This document shows, in pieces, positions 1 to 11,664 of a stretch of 64,000 nucleotides of DNA. Position 1 is the stretch's first letter; each line of letters opens with the position of its first letter. Source of the stretch: Phaeosaccion multiseriatum (taxonomy: Eukaryota; Protista; Ochrophyta, other classes). The notes beneath the pieces are model-generated. The model saw nothing but the letters and a program-made list of their open reading frames with translations. It searched no databases and had not been told where the DNA came from. The DNA lies in the NCBI GenBank assembly GCA_965112735.1, contig OZ218953.1:2480001-2544000 (forward strand). Direction: 5' to 3'. The translations under genes were made by a program, and so were the position numbers.

Positions 1-1150
1 TGCTCTGGTTCAAGCTCCAGTCTCTCAAATCGCTTGCGGTACCTCTCCTTCTCCAGCCGCTCCTGCTCGTGCTCCCACGCCCGTCCCCGCCCCCGCCCCC
101 GCTCCTGCCGTCGCTGCAATGCGCGCTCCTCCTGTTGCCGCCGCTGCCGCTGCTCCATGCTCCGCGTTTTGCTGTGCCACCCCTGCTGCAAGGCCAGCCT
201 GCGCTGCTCGCCGGTGGGCTCTCCCCTCCACCACGCCTCGTCGAGCAGCCACAGCGCCAGCTCTCCCTCCCCCACCCTCTCGCAGCACTCTGCCGCCGCG
301 AAGCAGGCCGAGCGGAAGGGGTGCTCTCCCCTTCTCCTCAGCACCTTCACCAGCTCCAACACCCCCGCAAAGTCCCGCAGCCTCGCCTGAGCAGAGATGG
401 CCCCACTGAGCATCGCACAGTCCATCTTATCCATCAGCAGACTCCCTTCTTGTCCCCCACTCCGCTCCTCACTCTGCCCCCCACTCGGACCGCTAGGACC
501 CGTAGTCCCTGCCACTCCTCCTCCTCCGCCCCCGCCTCCCCCTCCTACTTCTATATCCCATCCTCCTCCCGTCCTCCCTCCTCCCTCTTCTTGAGACTCC
601 ACGGCCACTGCCGCTGCTGCCGCGTCCACCCCAGGCGCTTTCCCTTCCCCTTCCATGTCCCCTCCCTCCAGGCCTCCTTTGCCCTTCCCCTGCAGCCGCC
701 GCAACAACGCTGAAGCTGTCTCACGTTGATTGGCCTTGGACGCGACCGTAAGTGCCGCCCGGAAGCAGTCTGACACCTGCTGGTCGCTAAACGTTCTAGC
801 ATTACCCGCACTACCTCTCCCCCCTGCCCTCCCCTGGCCTTGACCCGCGCCCTCGCCCTCCCTGTATCGCTGCTGGCGGTTGCTGCGGGCGCCTTCCTCG
901 AGCCGATCGAGCATCTGGAGGGCGGAGGCAGTGCGGCCAGAGGCGGCACAAGTGGTCATAACCACCCCCAGCGTGTAGTGCTCGGGTTGCAGCCCGTGCT
1001 CCTCCTCAAGCTCTGCCAGCAGCTGAAGGGCCTTGTCCGCCCTTCGGGGGCGAATACACGCCTCCAGGGCGCTGTTGTAGCAGCTCAGACTCGGCCTCAG
1101 TGGCTGGAAACCAGCCTCGCCCACATCATTCCTCGCCCTGCTACTCTGAC

Positions 1151-1184
<34 letters not shown>

Positions 1185-2969
1185 ACTGCTGCTGCTGCTC
1201 TCAAAGAAGCCATCTATATCCGCCCCAGCATCTGCTACTTCACGGGGGGTTTCAAGCCCCTCGCTTTGCTCTCCTCCCCCTTCTGTCTTGATCTCCCCCA
1301 CCTGCTCCCCCTGCTGCTGCTCTTGCCCTTCTTGCGACCCCTTCCCCCTTCCCTCTTTCTCCTCCTCCTGCTCCTCCTCCTCTGCCTCGCTCTTCTTGCC
1401 CTGCATCTGGTCCAGCAACGCGAAGGCTTCGTCCGATCTGCCCGCTCGGCTCAAGGCGCTAATCGCCGTCGAGTAGGACACCTGATCAGGCACCACACCC
1501 ACTCTTCGCATCCTCGACAGCAAGCGCCCGACGGTCGCCACGCAATCCTCCTCGTCACCCTCATCATAGCCCCTCGCCATTCCACCTCCAGCCTTCTCCT
1601 CCCACCCCCTCCCTCTTGCCTCCCCTCCCCGCCCCCGCGCCCTCCTGCCAGGCCCGGAAGAACAACGCGAATCCTCCGCTGCCCTCGCCCCCCCCCCTCG
1701 CCGGTCCTGCCGCTGCTTGCCGCCGGTCTGTCGGTCCTGTCGGTCCCTGTCTTTCTTGCGACGGTCCAGGAAGCAGCTGCAGGCGGCCAGCGCGTGGTTG
1801 TAGCAGAAAATGTCCGGCAGGATGTCCTTATTCTTACTGACAGGATGTGAACCTGCTGCTGCTGCTGGTGATGGCGACCCTCGCCCCCCCCTACCCCCTG
1901 CACTTGCTCCTCCTCCTGCTCCTCCTCCTCCTCTCCCTCCACCCCCCCTCCCGCGTAGGCTCTTCTCCATAAAATTAAGCGTCTTTACGGCCTCGCGGTA
2001 AGCACCGCACACCTTTCGAGGATTTGAGATAAAAAGGAGGGTGAAAGAGAGAAAGAAAGGACAGGCAGAGAGACAAAAGGGGGGCTGAGGGGTAAGGAAG
2101 GAAGGAAGGAAGGAGGGCGGGAGAGGACAACAGCCAACAAGTGGAGACGAAAATGACGGATAGACACGCCAATCAACCAGCAGAGATGACGACATGACGA
2201 GCAACATCAAGCAGCAGCAGCAGCAGCAGCACCAGCACGACCACAGGCTGCGCCAACCGAAACCAACCGAAACCGACCAAGTGAATCCACTGAGCGTGAA
2301 GTAACTGACCTTGTATGTCTTCAGCAGTCCGTTGAAGGAGTGTCTATTGGCGGAGACCTTCCTGTCCGTCCTCAAATTGTCCATGATGGCCATGGCGGTG
2401 TATACGTCGCCCCTCTCTGCGCACGCGTCCAGCCCAAAGTTGCAGGCCATCAGAGTGGGCCGGGCGCCTGGGAGGAAGGGAGGAGGAGGTAGAGGAGGAG
2501 GAGGAGGAGGAGGAGGAGGAGGAGGAGGAGAAAAGAAAAGATGAGCCATTTGTTGCGACCCCTCCCTCTCTGTATCATGAATATGCTGCAGGAGGTTGCT
2601 ACACCGTACACTGCTCTAGGCCTTTACTGCCACTGCCACACTGCCCCCTCCTCCTCTCACCTGCATGTAGTGCGTAGTCCATCACCTCCACGACCTTCGC
2701 TCTGTTGCCCAGGGCGTGGAAGGCGCATACGGCGGCCGAGAAGGAGGACGGCGAAGGCTTGATGCCCCTCCTCAAGGTCATGTCCTCGAACAATTGCACC
2801 ACGTCGGCGTGGTGGTTGAGCCGCGCGTGGGCGCCAATCACGCTGCCCAGGGTCATGGCATCGGGGGTCAGGTCTCCAGTCGCTGTGGGAGTCGGGCGCA
2901 GAGTAACAGATTGGCTGCTGCTGCCGCCGCTGCTGCTGCTGCTGCTCCTCCTGCCGGACGGTGACGACG

Positions 2970-3007
<38 letters not shown>

Positions 3008-4140
3008 ACGCGCTCAGAGAGGTTGAAGAACTCAATGACTTTGTGGGGCTTTTTGGCGCGAAAGGCGGCATTCATGGCCGCGTTGAGAGAAAATCTGCGC
3101 GGTCAGAGGTCAATAGGCGGGGGGGAGAGGGAAGGGAAAGAAAGCCCCCGCCCGGCCGCCAGGGGGTTAAGGGGCGGAGACAACAAATGACGAGGAGAGA
3201 GAATGTTAAGAAGGGGAGGCGGAGGAAGGCGAACATTGACAAGAGAGGGGAGGAAGAAGGAGAGAGGGACAAGTGGACGAGCGACTGCGAGGCCGTCTTA
3301 CCTGTCGAAGGGTATGCCCACCGCCAGCATTTGCTCGAAAAGCTCGACAGACTCCACGTACCGCCACTGCTTCGTCAGAGCGGCCTGCACGGCGGTGTAG
3401 TTGTGCACTAGCACGGACTTGGGGGCCATCTCCACAGCGGCGCTACCTTGATCAAGGGGAGGCCCACTACGTTGGCTTATGCTCTCTCCTGCTGCTGCTT
3501 CTGGTACGCTCCCTGGAGATGGTTGTGCGGCCCTTGTCCTCTTGCTACTGACGACACGTATCCTCCCTGTCTCCATCTCTCTGAGGAGCGACATCGCCCG
3601 GTCCACTTGCCTGCCCCCCACCCACGTCTTTATCGCCACCCGGAAGGCGAACTCGTCCACCAGACCCCGCTCTCGCGCGTCTGGAACCTCTCCTTCCAAG
3701 CTGTCCAACAGGGTGGACATGATGTCCCCCCACTTCCCTTCCCTTCCTAATTGCTGAATGTCACGCTGCGCGGTCTTGCTGCGGCTCTCTGTTGTCGGTT
3801 CCACTAAGCTGCTGCTTCCACGTACGGTTGGAGGAGGAGGAGGCGTGAGGGGAGGAGAGGAGGGATTCTGGAGTTCATCTCCGTTCACTCCTCCTACCAC
3901 CCCTACTCCTCTTCCTGTCCGTGGGTTCTCTGTGGCTGCTGTTCGTACCCTTGTTTCATAATACCGCCGCAAGCCAGTGCTGCTTGTGCTGGTACTTCTG
4001 GTTGTGCGGCTGGCCATGCACGTCTTGTGTTGGCCGAGCCCCGAGACAAACGCAGGGACTGGCCCACCAGAAGGCCCCCCATTAAACGTCGTAATGGGCG
4101 TGGAAAGCCCTTGCGCAAATACACTCCCCTCTCGGTGCAT
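1..4140 (-). CDS. Pentatricopeptide-repeat (PPR) protein, 3' end beyond window start
   Basis: Exons ~4140-3302, 3094-2661, 2467-2310 and ~2012-<1, with GT-AG junctions in compatible phase. Repeated PPR-like motifs: VHNYTAVQAALTKQWRYVESVELFEQMLAVGIPFD, PDAMTLGSVIGAHARLNHHADVVQLFEDMTLRRGIKP, PDQVSYSTAISALSRAGRSDEAFALLDQM, PSLSCYNSALEAC. The last exon is open to position 1; the start codon is uncertain. Confidence 0.85.
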
Positions 4141-4365
4141 CGTGTTGCACGTGAGGTGCAGGACCTCCTCGAGGGGGTGAAGCTGCTCAATTTTTTTTTA
4201 TGTTGACGATGCTCGCGAGCATGATGCGAGAGTGCCAGTTTCATGGCTGTGTGTGCTTGGGTTTGGCGTGACCCAAGCACAAGTACCGTGCCGTTAGAAA
4301 GCCGATTTCTATTCACAGGAAGAGAAGGACAAAAGAACAAAGGAGGACAGACAGGGAGCCCACGG

Positions 4366-6532
4366 ATGCCGACTTTTACCGCCAAAGATGGCACGGTGTT
4401 CACCGACAGGGGCAAGTACCGCAAGCACGTCTTCGCCACCGAGTACACGTTCAAGGAGGCATCTGGGAAGACGCTGATCAAGGCGCCCGGAGATATTGAC
4501 GGACAACCCTTCGATCTTACGAACCTCACGGATTGCGAGGTGCAGCTGCTCGATTACTCCGAGACGGTGCAGGCAGACGAGCTCAATGGCTGTAGGTGCG
4601 TAACCTTGCCAGCCAGGCGTCGGAGAGAGGGGTCAATCTGTATTGTTATCATGTCGGTGGCCTTCATTTTATACCTTTCTCTCTCGTTTTCCTCCCTGCA
4701 GAGTATTCTTGGCAGCATCTATGGACTCTGTGTTCGTGCGGAACTGCGAGGGCTGTACCTTTACCCTGGCATGCAAGCAATTGCGAACCAGAGACTGCAA
4801 GAATTGCACGTTCTGTAAGTCTCCTCTCTCTCCTCGTATGGCCCTCGCTTCCTTCCGACAGTGCTGTTTCGCCCCACTCCCCACCCCATCCTCCCGCAGC
4901 ACGAACGGCAGAGGCACTACGTGCACTCACCCCACTTTCCACCTCATCCCCCACTGACATGCAAGCATGCCGCCATCTGCTTTCCCCATCCTCTGCTTCT
5001 TCCCCCCCCCTGCATCTGACCAGACCTGTACTGCAAGACCGAGCCCATCATCGAGACGAGCTCCGGTATGTCCTTCGCGCCCTTCAACGGCGCCTACCCC
5101 GAGCATGGGGCGCACCTCCGTAGCGCCAACCTGGAAACCCCCAACCTGTGGTTCGCAGTGTATGACTTCAACGACGAGGCCAAGACGGGCATCAACTGGA
5201 GGCTCCTGGGGGAGGAGGAGAGGAGTGAGGCCGGTGAATGGAGACCCCAGGGTACGTGTCTCTCTGTCTTTCGATCTGTTTTACCTACCTGCATCTCTGT
5301 CTGTGTGTCTTCTTCGTCTGCCTCTCTCTTTGTCTTGTTGGCTGTCTGCCTCTCTCTCTGTAGGTGTATCTGTCCACCTCTCTTTCTGTCTTTCGTCTTG
5401 CCTTCCTCTGTCGGAAGTCTGGTTTGCCTTGGAGTCTTTTCTTGTCCGTTTGGTATGCAGGCACTCGTGCATGCTTTGCGTGCGTACATGCTTTCGCCCC
5501 CCCCCCGTCCTGATACCTCCACCTCTGTCTTCTCTCCTTCCTTGTCCCCGCAGGATGTGCCACGCCTATTGCGGTGCCGATCACCAACCCTGGAGACGTG
5601 CCCGTGCCGAGCCAGGGTGGTGGTGGGGACAACGGCAGTAGCAATGGTAGCGGCAGTGCTGCGCCACCACAAGGGCCCTCTCAGGGCAACAGCTTCATGT
5701 CCTTCGGCATCAACACCTCACAGCGGAGCGCCGAGCGAGCAGTAGATGACAAGGGGGCGAGTTTGAGTTCCAGTGCCACAGCAGGGCTGCTGTCTCCTCC
5801 AGATGGTGATGCTGGTGCTTCATCCCCGGTACCCCCCCCCGTTCCGGGGACAGTGCAGCGGCAGCAGCAGCAGCAGGAGGAGGAGGAGGAGGAAAAGGAA
5901 GAGAAAGAGGAGGAGGAGGAGGAGGAGGAGGAGCAAGGAGAGATAATGCTTGATGTGAAGCCTCTCCGCCTGGCCATCAAGGCGAACCCACCGGTCTTCG
6001 TCATGGAGTTCGAGTGAGTGCTTTCGGGGAGAGAGAGAACGATCGTCGAACTTGATGGAGTCCTGATGTGTGTGTGGAAGACATCGTGCTTCGACTGCTT
6101 ACTTGCTGCATCGCTCACGTCTTGTTGTGCCTCTTCAGATCTGCCGGTAAGCTCTACCAAAAGCACTGGTTCTTCAAAGGACTGCCGGAAGCGGGGTCAC
6201 AGGGGGTCGACGTGCGGACGCTGGCTCGGAGGATGTTCGACTGCAGCCCGGACTACCTCAGCCGCTCCAAGGTGTCTGTTAGGCAGGTGGAGACCCTCCT
6301 ACAGGCAATGGTGGAGGGTGCAAGAGAAGGAGGAGGAGGAGGAGGAGGAGGAGGAGTAGGAGGAGGAGGAGGAGTAGCAGATTGGGGAGGGGGTAAAGAC
6401 GCGGGCGCACCTCCTCTCCCTCCTCCTGCCGCACTTCTAGCGAAGATCGGAGGAGAGGAAGTGTCCAGGAGCAGCAACAGCAGCAGTAGTAGCAGTCATA
6501 CGGGCAGCAGTAGCAGCAGCAGTGGCAGCAGT

Positions 6533-6590
<58 letters not shown>

Positions 6591-7968
6591 CGAGTGGAGG
6601 AGTCCTTGGCGGGCTGCCTCCCCTTTCTTCTCTGTCAAGAAGGCCTCCGCTTCCCTCCCTCGACAAGGGCAGCAGCGCTGGCTCGGACGCGAACGGGAGT
6701 AAGTCCTTGGAGACGCAGCAGCACCCGCGGGAGAGGGGACCAGGGGAAGGAGGGAAAGCAGAGCAACAAGACGAGGAAGAGGAGAAGGAGGTAGAAGACG
6801 AGCAAGATCAGCAGCACTCGACGCCGCTGAAGCACAAAAAGGTGGAGGGCGACGAAGATGAGTGGGACCCTGATGACCTGGAGCAGATGCTCGCGGACGA
6901 GGAGGAACGCATGGGCATGCAGGAGGATGAGGAGGCCACCACGGCCCCTACCACCCCTGTCGGTGCCGGTGGTGCTGCGGCGGCCGCTACGAATACTCCT
7001 GCTGATGCTCTCTCCGCTGCCGGCGACGCCCGTGACCACGCGAGTGCCGAGAGCAGTGGCAGTGTTGGTAGTAGCAGTAGTAGTAGTAGTAGTTCAAGTG
7101 GGGTAGATGGAGAGGAGGGCCCGGCCCCTTTCGACTCCCCCTTCGGCATGGACTCGGGGGGGAGCGGAGGGCTCAAGGAGGAGAAGTCCGTTCGGTGGGT
7201 GGAGATGGCCGCGGCCCCCGACGGGGAGGATGGACCGTATGGAGCGGCCCGAATGGCCGACGCCGATGACCTCAATCGGGTAAGGAGAAGACGAGAGGAG
7301 AGGAGCGAGAAGGGAGGGGGAGGGGAGGCGGGACTCCGACTGAGGTCCTTTGGGGGGCTTGCCTGAGGGGGGGGGGGGGGGGGATCCAACTTTAGGAGTG
7401 TTTTGACCTTTGCTGCGTGCTTCTTTCTTTCTTACCCCCCTTCTTCTTCTTCTTCTTCTTCTTCTTCTTCTTCTTCTTCTTCTTCTTCTTCTTCTTCTTC
7501 TTCTTCATGTTTCCGGGGGGGGATTGTTTGTTTGCACACCAGGCCAGCGAGGGGGAGCTGCGAAGGGCTAAGGCAGAGATGAGCATAAGCTTTATGCAGA
7601 ACCTCCTGCGGCCTGGGGACCAGGGCTACGTGCACGACAAGCGCATCGACTTTGAGGGGCCCAGCGAGGACAATGACTGGGACGAGGACGAGGACGAGGA
7701 CGACGGAGAGGAGGATGGAGGGAGGCGTGGCGGTGCTACCTCTGCTACTGTTGGTGGTGGTGCTGGAGCTGGAGCTGCTGCTGCTGCTGCTGCTCCTGCT
7801 GCTGCTGTCGGGGAAGGGGGGGGGGGCGGAGGGGCAGGGACTGCAGGGCAGGCCGCGGAGAAAGAGGAGGAGGGGAGGGGAAAGGGGGATGAGGAAGATG
7901 AGGTTGAAGAGGAAGTTGAGGAGGAGGACTTCGACGAGTACTCAGATGCCTCCTTCGACGAATGCTGA
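4366..7968 (+). CDS. TBCC-domain (RP2/XRP2-like) protein fused to a split CEP19-like domain
   Basis: Six exons 4366-4595, 4702-4814, 5024-5251, 5554-6013, 6139-7279, 7543-7968, all GT-AG and phase-compatible. The N-terminus has TBCC/RP2 signatures (PGDIDGQPF, SVFVRNCEGCTFTLACKQLRTRDC, YCKTEPIIE, NLWFAVYDFN). The C-terminal half has CEP19-like blocks (LAIKANPPVFVMEFE, VSVRQVETLL, DDLNRASEGELRRAKAEMSISFMQNLLRPGDQGYVHDKRIDF...DWDED). Confidence 0.8.
7441..7506. repeat. (TTC)n microsatellite in intron
   Basis: Perfect TTC run inside the last intron of the TBCC-CEP19 gene. Confidence 0.95.
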
Positions 7969-8324
7969 CGACTAAGCTAGAGACGGACCAGGCAGCCGGA
8001 CGCGTGTTGAGGGGCGACGGACACAAGACCTCGAGGTCGATAACGACAAGCAAGCAAGGAGGCGCAGCCACCTGCCACCTGCCATCTACCACCAGCTGCC
8101 GACAGCCACGCACACACGCCGCTGAGGCTTCGCAGAGAAGGGACTCTAAGTTGCGCCCTTCTCCGAGAGCCACTTATCCTTGTGCCAATTGTATTCTGCA
8201 GCAGCTAGACAGCGAGTGTCCCTGCCTCACGGCCCAGCCACCAGTACATACAGCTCCACGCATCCACGCACCCTCGCATTCTATTACAGCCGTGTGCCAA
8301 CATCAGCTCTCAATGGCCTTCGCG

Positions 8325-8640
8325 CATATGCATACACACAAACTCAGACACGCACACACACACACACACAAACTCATGCACGCGCACACTCACGCACACG
8401 CACGCACACACACAAACCCACACGCACACACACATGCACACACACACACACATGCACACACACATAAACCCGTGCACGCACACACACAAACTCATGCACG
8501 CACGTACACACACGCACGCACGCACACACACACACACATACAGACACAAAGACAAACACAAAAAGTGCACGCACACACACGCACACACGCAGACTCACGC
8601 TCTCGCACACACATACACACACCCACACACACACACACTC
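8325..8640. repeat. Degenerate (CA)n/(CACG)n microsatellite
   Basis: Long interrupted CA-rich tract in intergenic DNA. Confidence 0.9.
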
Positions 8641-8793
8641 GAAGCTGCTCGGGGGCTTGCTTGGCCTCTCGGCGAAGTCTTTTCTGTGAGAAGAAATCAA
8701 ACTGGTCCTTCCGATTACTTTTACAGCCCCCGGCAGCTTTGAGAAGAAGCCTCACAAAAAAAGAGAACAAGCAAGGAACGGATTTAGAAAGTG

Positions 8794-9875
8794 ATGACGG
8801 ACATCCGTGAGGAGCAACGCAGGGTACTCACTGCCTTCTTCGTGGCCACAGGCGGTCCGACGTGGAAAAGGAAGAAGGGTTGGGGCACCGACGCACCCTT
8901 AGAAGGATGGGAGGGCGTGAGAATTGATGATGACTGCGTGGTGGTGCTCTCGCTTCCCTCCAATGGGCTCGTCGGTAAGAAGGCCGTGTGTGGTGGAGCG
9001 TAGTGTGAGGAGGAGGAGGAGGAGGAGGAGGAGGAGGGGAGGGAAAGAAGGAAAGCATCGAATATCGCGCTCTCTCCCCCCCTGAGGGTCCGACATTCTG
9101 AGAGGCCTAGCGCTAGCGAGAAGGAAGTCGCTTGTGCTGCCTGTACAAGCCTTTCCTTTGCTGTCTAGCCGAGTTTGGAATGCTGTCGTGCTGAGCAAGC
9201 TGCAACAGCTGTGCTCCTGAATTCGGAATGCTCGTCTGAAAGCAACAACTAGACAACGACTCAATTAAATGGCCCGTCCTCTCCCTGCAGGGACCATTCC
9301 GCCGGAGCTCGGCCAGCTTCCCCACCTGACGCACCTGCACCTCTTCAGCAACGAGCTCTCTGGTAAGTGGTGGCAAGCCGCCCAGCGCCCACCTTTTTGT
9401 CTGAAACCCCCCTCTCCTCCCCTCCTCCAGGGAGCATTCCGCCGGAGCTTGGTCAGCTTTCCAGTCTTATCTACATGGATCTCCGCAACAACCAGCTCTC
9501 TTGTAAGTGGAAGCCGCCCTTAGCGTTTGAATTTGTTTGATACTGTTTAACCAAAAACCTTTCCCCCTCTCCTCCTTACAGGGACCATTCCGCCAGAGCT
9601 TGGCCAACTCACCAACATCACATACCTGTCCCTCGATACTAACCAGCTCTCTGGTAAGTGGCGTCGTGCCCACTCCGCTTGATGGATACTCCGCTTGATG
9701 GATAACCTAAGGGCTCTCCTCTCCTCCTCACAGGGAACATTCCACCGGAGCTTGGCCAACTCTCCAATCTCAGATATCTGCCCCTCGACAGAAATCAACT
9801 CTCTGGTAAGTGGTAGCAAAACCTTGAGCGCCCACTTCACTTGCTGTTGGTGTGACCACAGAAGTCTCTCTCACA

Positions 9876-9918
<43 letters not shown>

Positions 9919-10056
9919 TCTCTCTCTCGCGCGCGCAGGGACCATTCCACCGGAGCTTGGCCAGCTCTCCAATCTCATCTACATGAATCTCCGCAACAAC
10001 CAGCTCTCTTGTAAGTTTCAAGGCCCTTCCTTGGAAGTGGTGTGACCACAGCACTG

Positions 10057-10088
<32 letters not shown>

Positions 10089-11214
10089 TCTCTCTCTCTC
10101 CTGCGCAGGGAGCATTCCGCGGGAGCTTGGCCAGCTCTCCAATCTGACATACCTGTCTCTCCACAACAACCGCCTCTCTGGTAAGTGGCAGCAAAACCTT
10201 CGGCGCTTACTTGGCTTGATAGTCATGTGACCAAAGAACGTCTCTCTGCTCCGCAGGCAATATTCCGCCGGAGCTCGGTCAACTCTCCGAGCTGACTCAA
10301 CTGGATCTTCAAAAGAACCAGCTCTCTGGTAAGAAGCCCATACAAGACTTCATTCCTGGCCTGTTTGGGTTTGATGCTACCCTGTGTGGTCTGGGTAGAG
10401 GGTGGTGGCCTTCTCGGTAGGTTTGATGTTTGACCACTCTCTATATGACATACTCCGCGGGGGTCATGATCTGACTTGCTCACTTAGCGACTGGCCTCCT
10501 TGGGGCCCCTCCCTCCCTCCCCCCCCGCATACCCTATACCCTCAGAGGAACCGTCTATAGAGGAGCTGCGGGCGAGCTGGCAAGCGAGTGCCGTGACGGA
10601 GGTGAGAGCGAGGGTGCATACAGGGGCGATGGGACTCGAAACACAAGGCGCACATTCAGCTATCATTGGAGGCCAAGGAGGAGGGTGTTGGCAGCAGGGG
10701 CTTGGGACCCACGACTGGCGTACGAACTAACTGAGTGGCAGAACAGCAGAACAGTCCTGGCCTTTTCTCTGAAGCGCCCCTTCCTCCTTTGCCGCACCCA
10801 CCCCTGCACCCCCTCCAGGGGATGACCTCAAAGGCTGGTGTGAAAAGTACAAGGGCAACGCCGCGATCCACGGTTGAGGAGCTCAAAGCCTTGAAAGCGG
10901 TACTGAAACAGAGAGATGCTGAGGTCATGGGGCTGAAAGCAGCCCTCGGAGGGAAAGAGGGCGAGCTCAGGTATCTAAAAGCAACGCTTCAAGAGAGAGA
11001 TGAGGAAGTGGGAGCTTCGAGGTCAAAGCTGCTCGACAGAGAAGGAAAGGTGGAGGCGCTCAAGATACGGCTGCGCGAGAGAGACTCCAAAGTGGTGGAG
11101 CTTGAGAAGCTTCGCCTCGCTGCGGAGCGGAGCCCACTGCCCCCCTCCCCTATGAAGAAGAGCAGGCTTTGGGGCTTTCGATCGTCGCGTGGAAAGAGTG
11201 ATACAAAGAAGTGA
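8794..11214 (+). CDS. Leucine-rich-repeat protein (N-cap, seven 24-aa LRRs, coiled-coil tail)
   Basis: Exon 8794-8974 encodes an N-cap (LTAFFVATGGPTWKRKKGWGTDAPLEGWEGV...LSLPSNGLVG). Seven phase-1 exons of exactly 72 nt follow: 9291-9362, 9431-9502, 9582-9653, 9734-9805, 9939-10010, 10109-10180, 10257-10328, each encoding (G/W)xIPxELGQLxxLxxLxLxxNxLS. Then exons 10546-10601 and 10819-11214, the latter with heptad-like repeats (LKAVLKQRDAEV, LKATLQERDEEV, LKIRLRERDSKV). Confidence 0.85.
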
Positions 11215-11287
11215 GGAGGGGGGCGAGGGGGGTCGACATGAGAGAACGTCGGCAGACTGCCAAAACTCAGCTCATAGGGCTAATAAA

Positions 11288-11584
11288 CTGTCGACCCCTG
11301 ACGTGCTATCGCCCACATTCTCGATAGCATACTCAGAGCAGATAGCACGTCGGCTGGTGCCTAGCGCCGGCGATAGCAGATACTAGGCGAAGACAGTGTC
11401 GACCACTGATAACCACTGACATATTCTCGATAGCGCGCTATCGGGCCCCGGCGATAGCGGATAACGCGCCGGCTGGCGGATAGCACGCCCCAACAACCCC
11501 CCCCCAAAGCCGGCTGGCGCCGGCGATAGCGGATAGCGTGCCGGCTGCGCCGGCGACAGCGGATATCGTATGGGGGTCGAACAG
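11288..11584. mobile_element. Possible degenerate MITE-like element
   Basis: Imperfect terminal inverted repeat CTGTCGACCCC...GGGGTCGAACAG. The interior is built of repeated GCGCCGGCGATAGC, CATTCTCGATAGC and GCTATCG motifs in both orientations. No clear target-site duplication. Confidence 0.4.
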
Positions 11585-11664
11585 TGGAAGGGGCGAAGAA
11601 ACCTAAACACCAAATTCAGGTCTTGTCCTGCCCCTCCTTCACCTCCTCTCCAAGAGCTCATAAA

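Noticed and set aside
840-1850. Plus-strand 336-aa ORF and similar antisense ORFs throughout (for example 34200-35537, 57397-58644)
   Set aside because: Shadow ORFs opposite well-supported genes in GC-rich DNA with few stop codons; no independent motifs.
7962-8810. His/Thr-rich 282-aa ORF
   Set aside because: Translation of a CA microsatellite.
8794-11214. ROCO LRR-GTPase or LRR receptor kinase call
   Set aside because: No P-loop/ROC-COR, kinase, signal peptide or transmembrane segment accompanies the LRRs.
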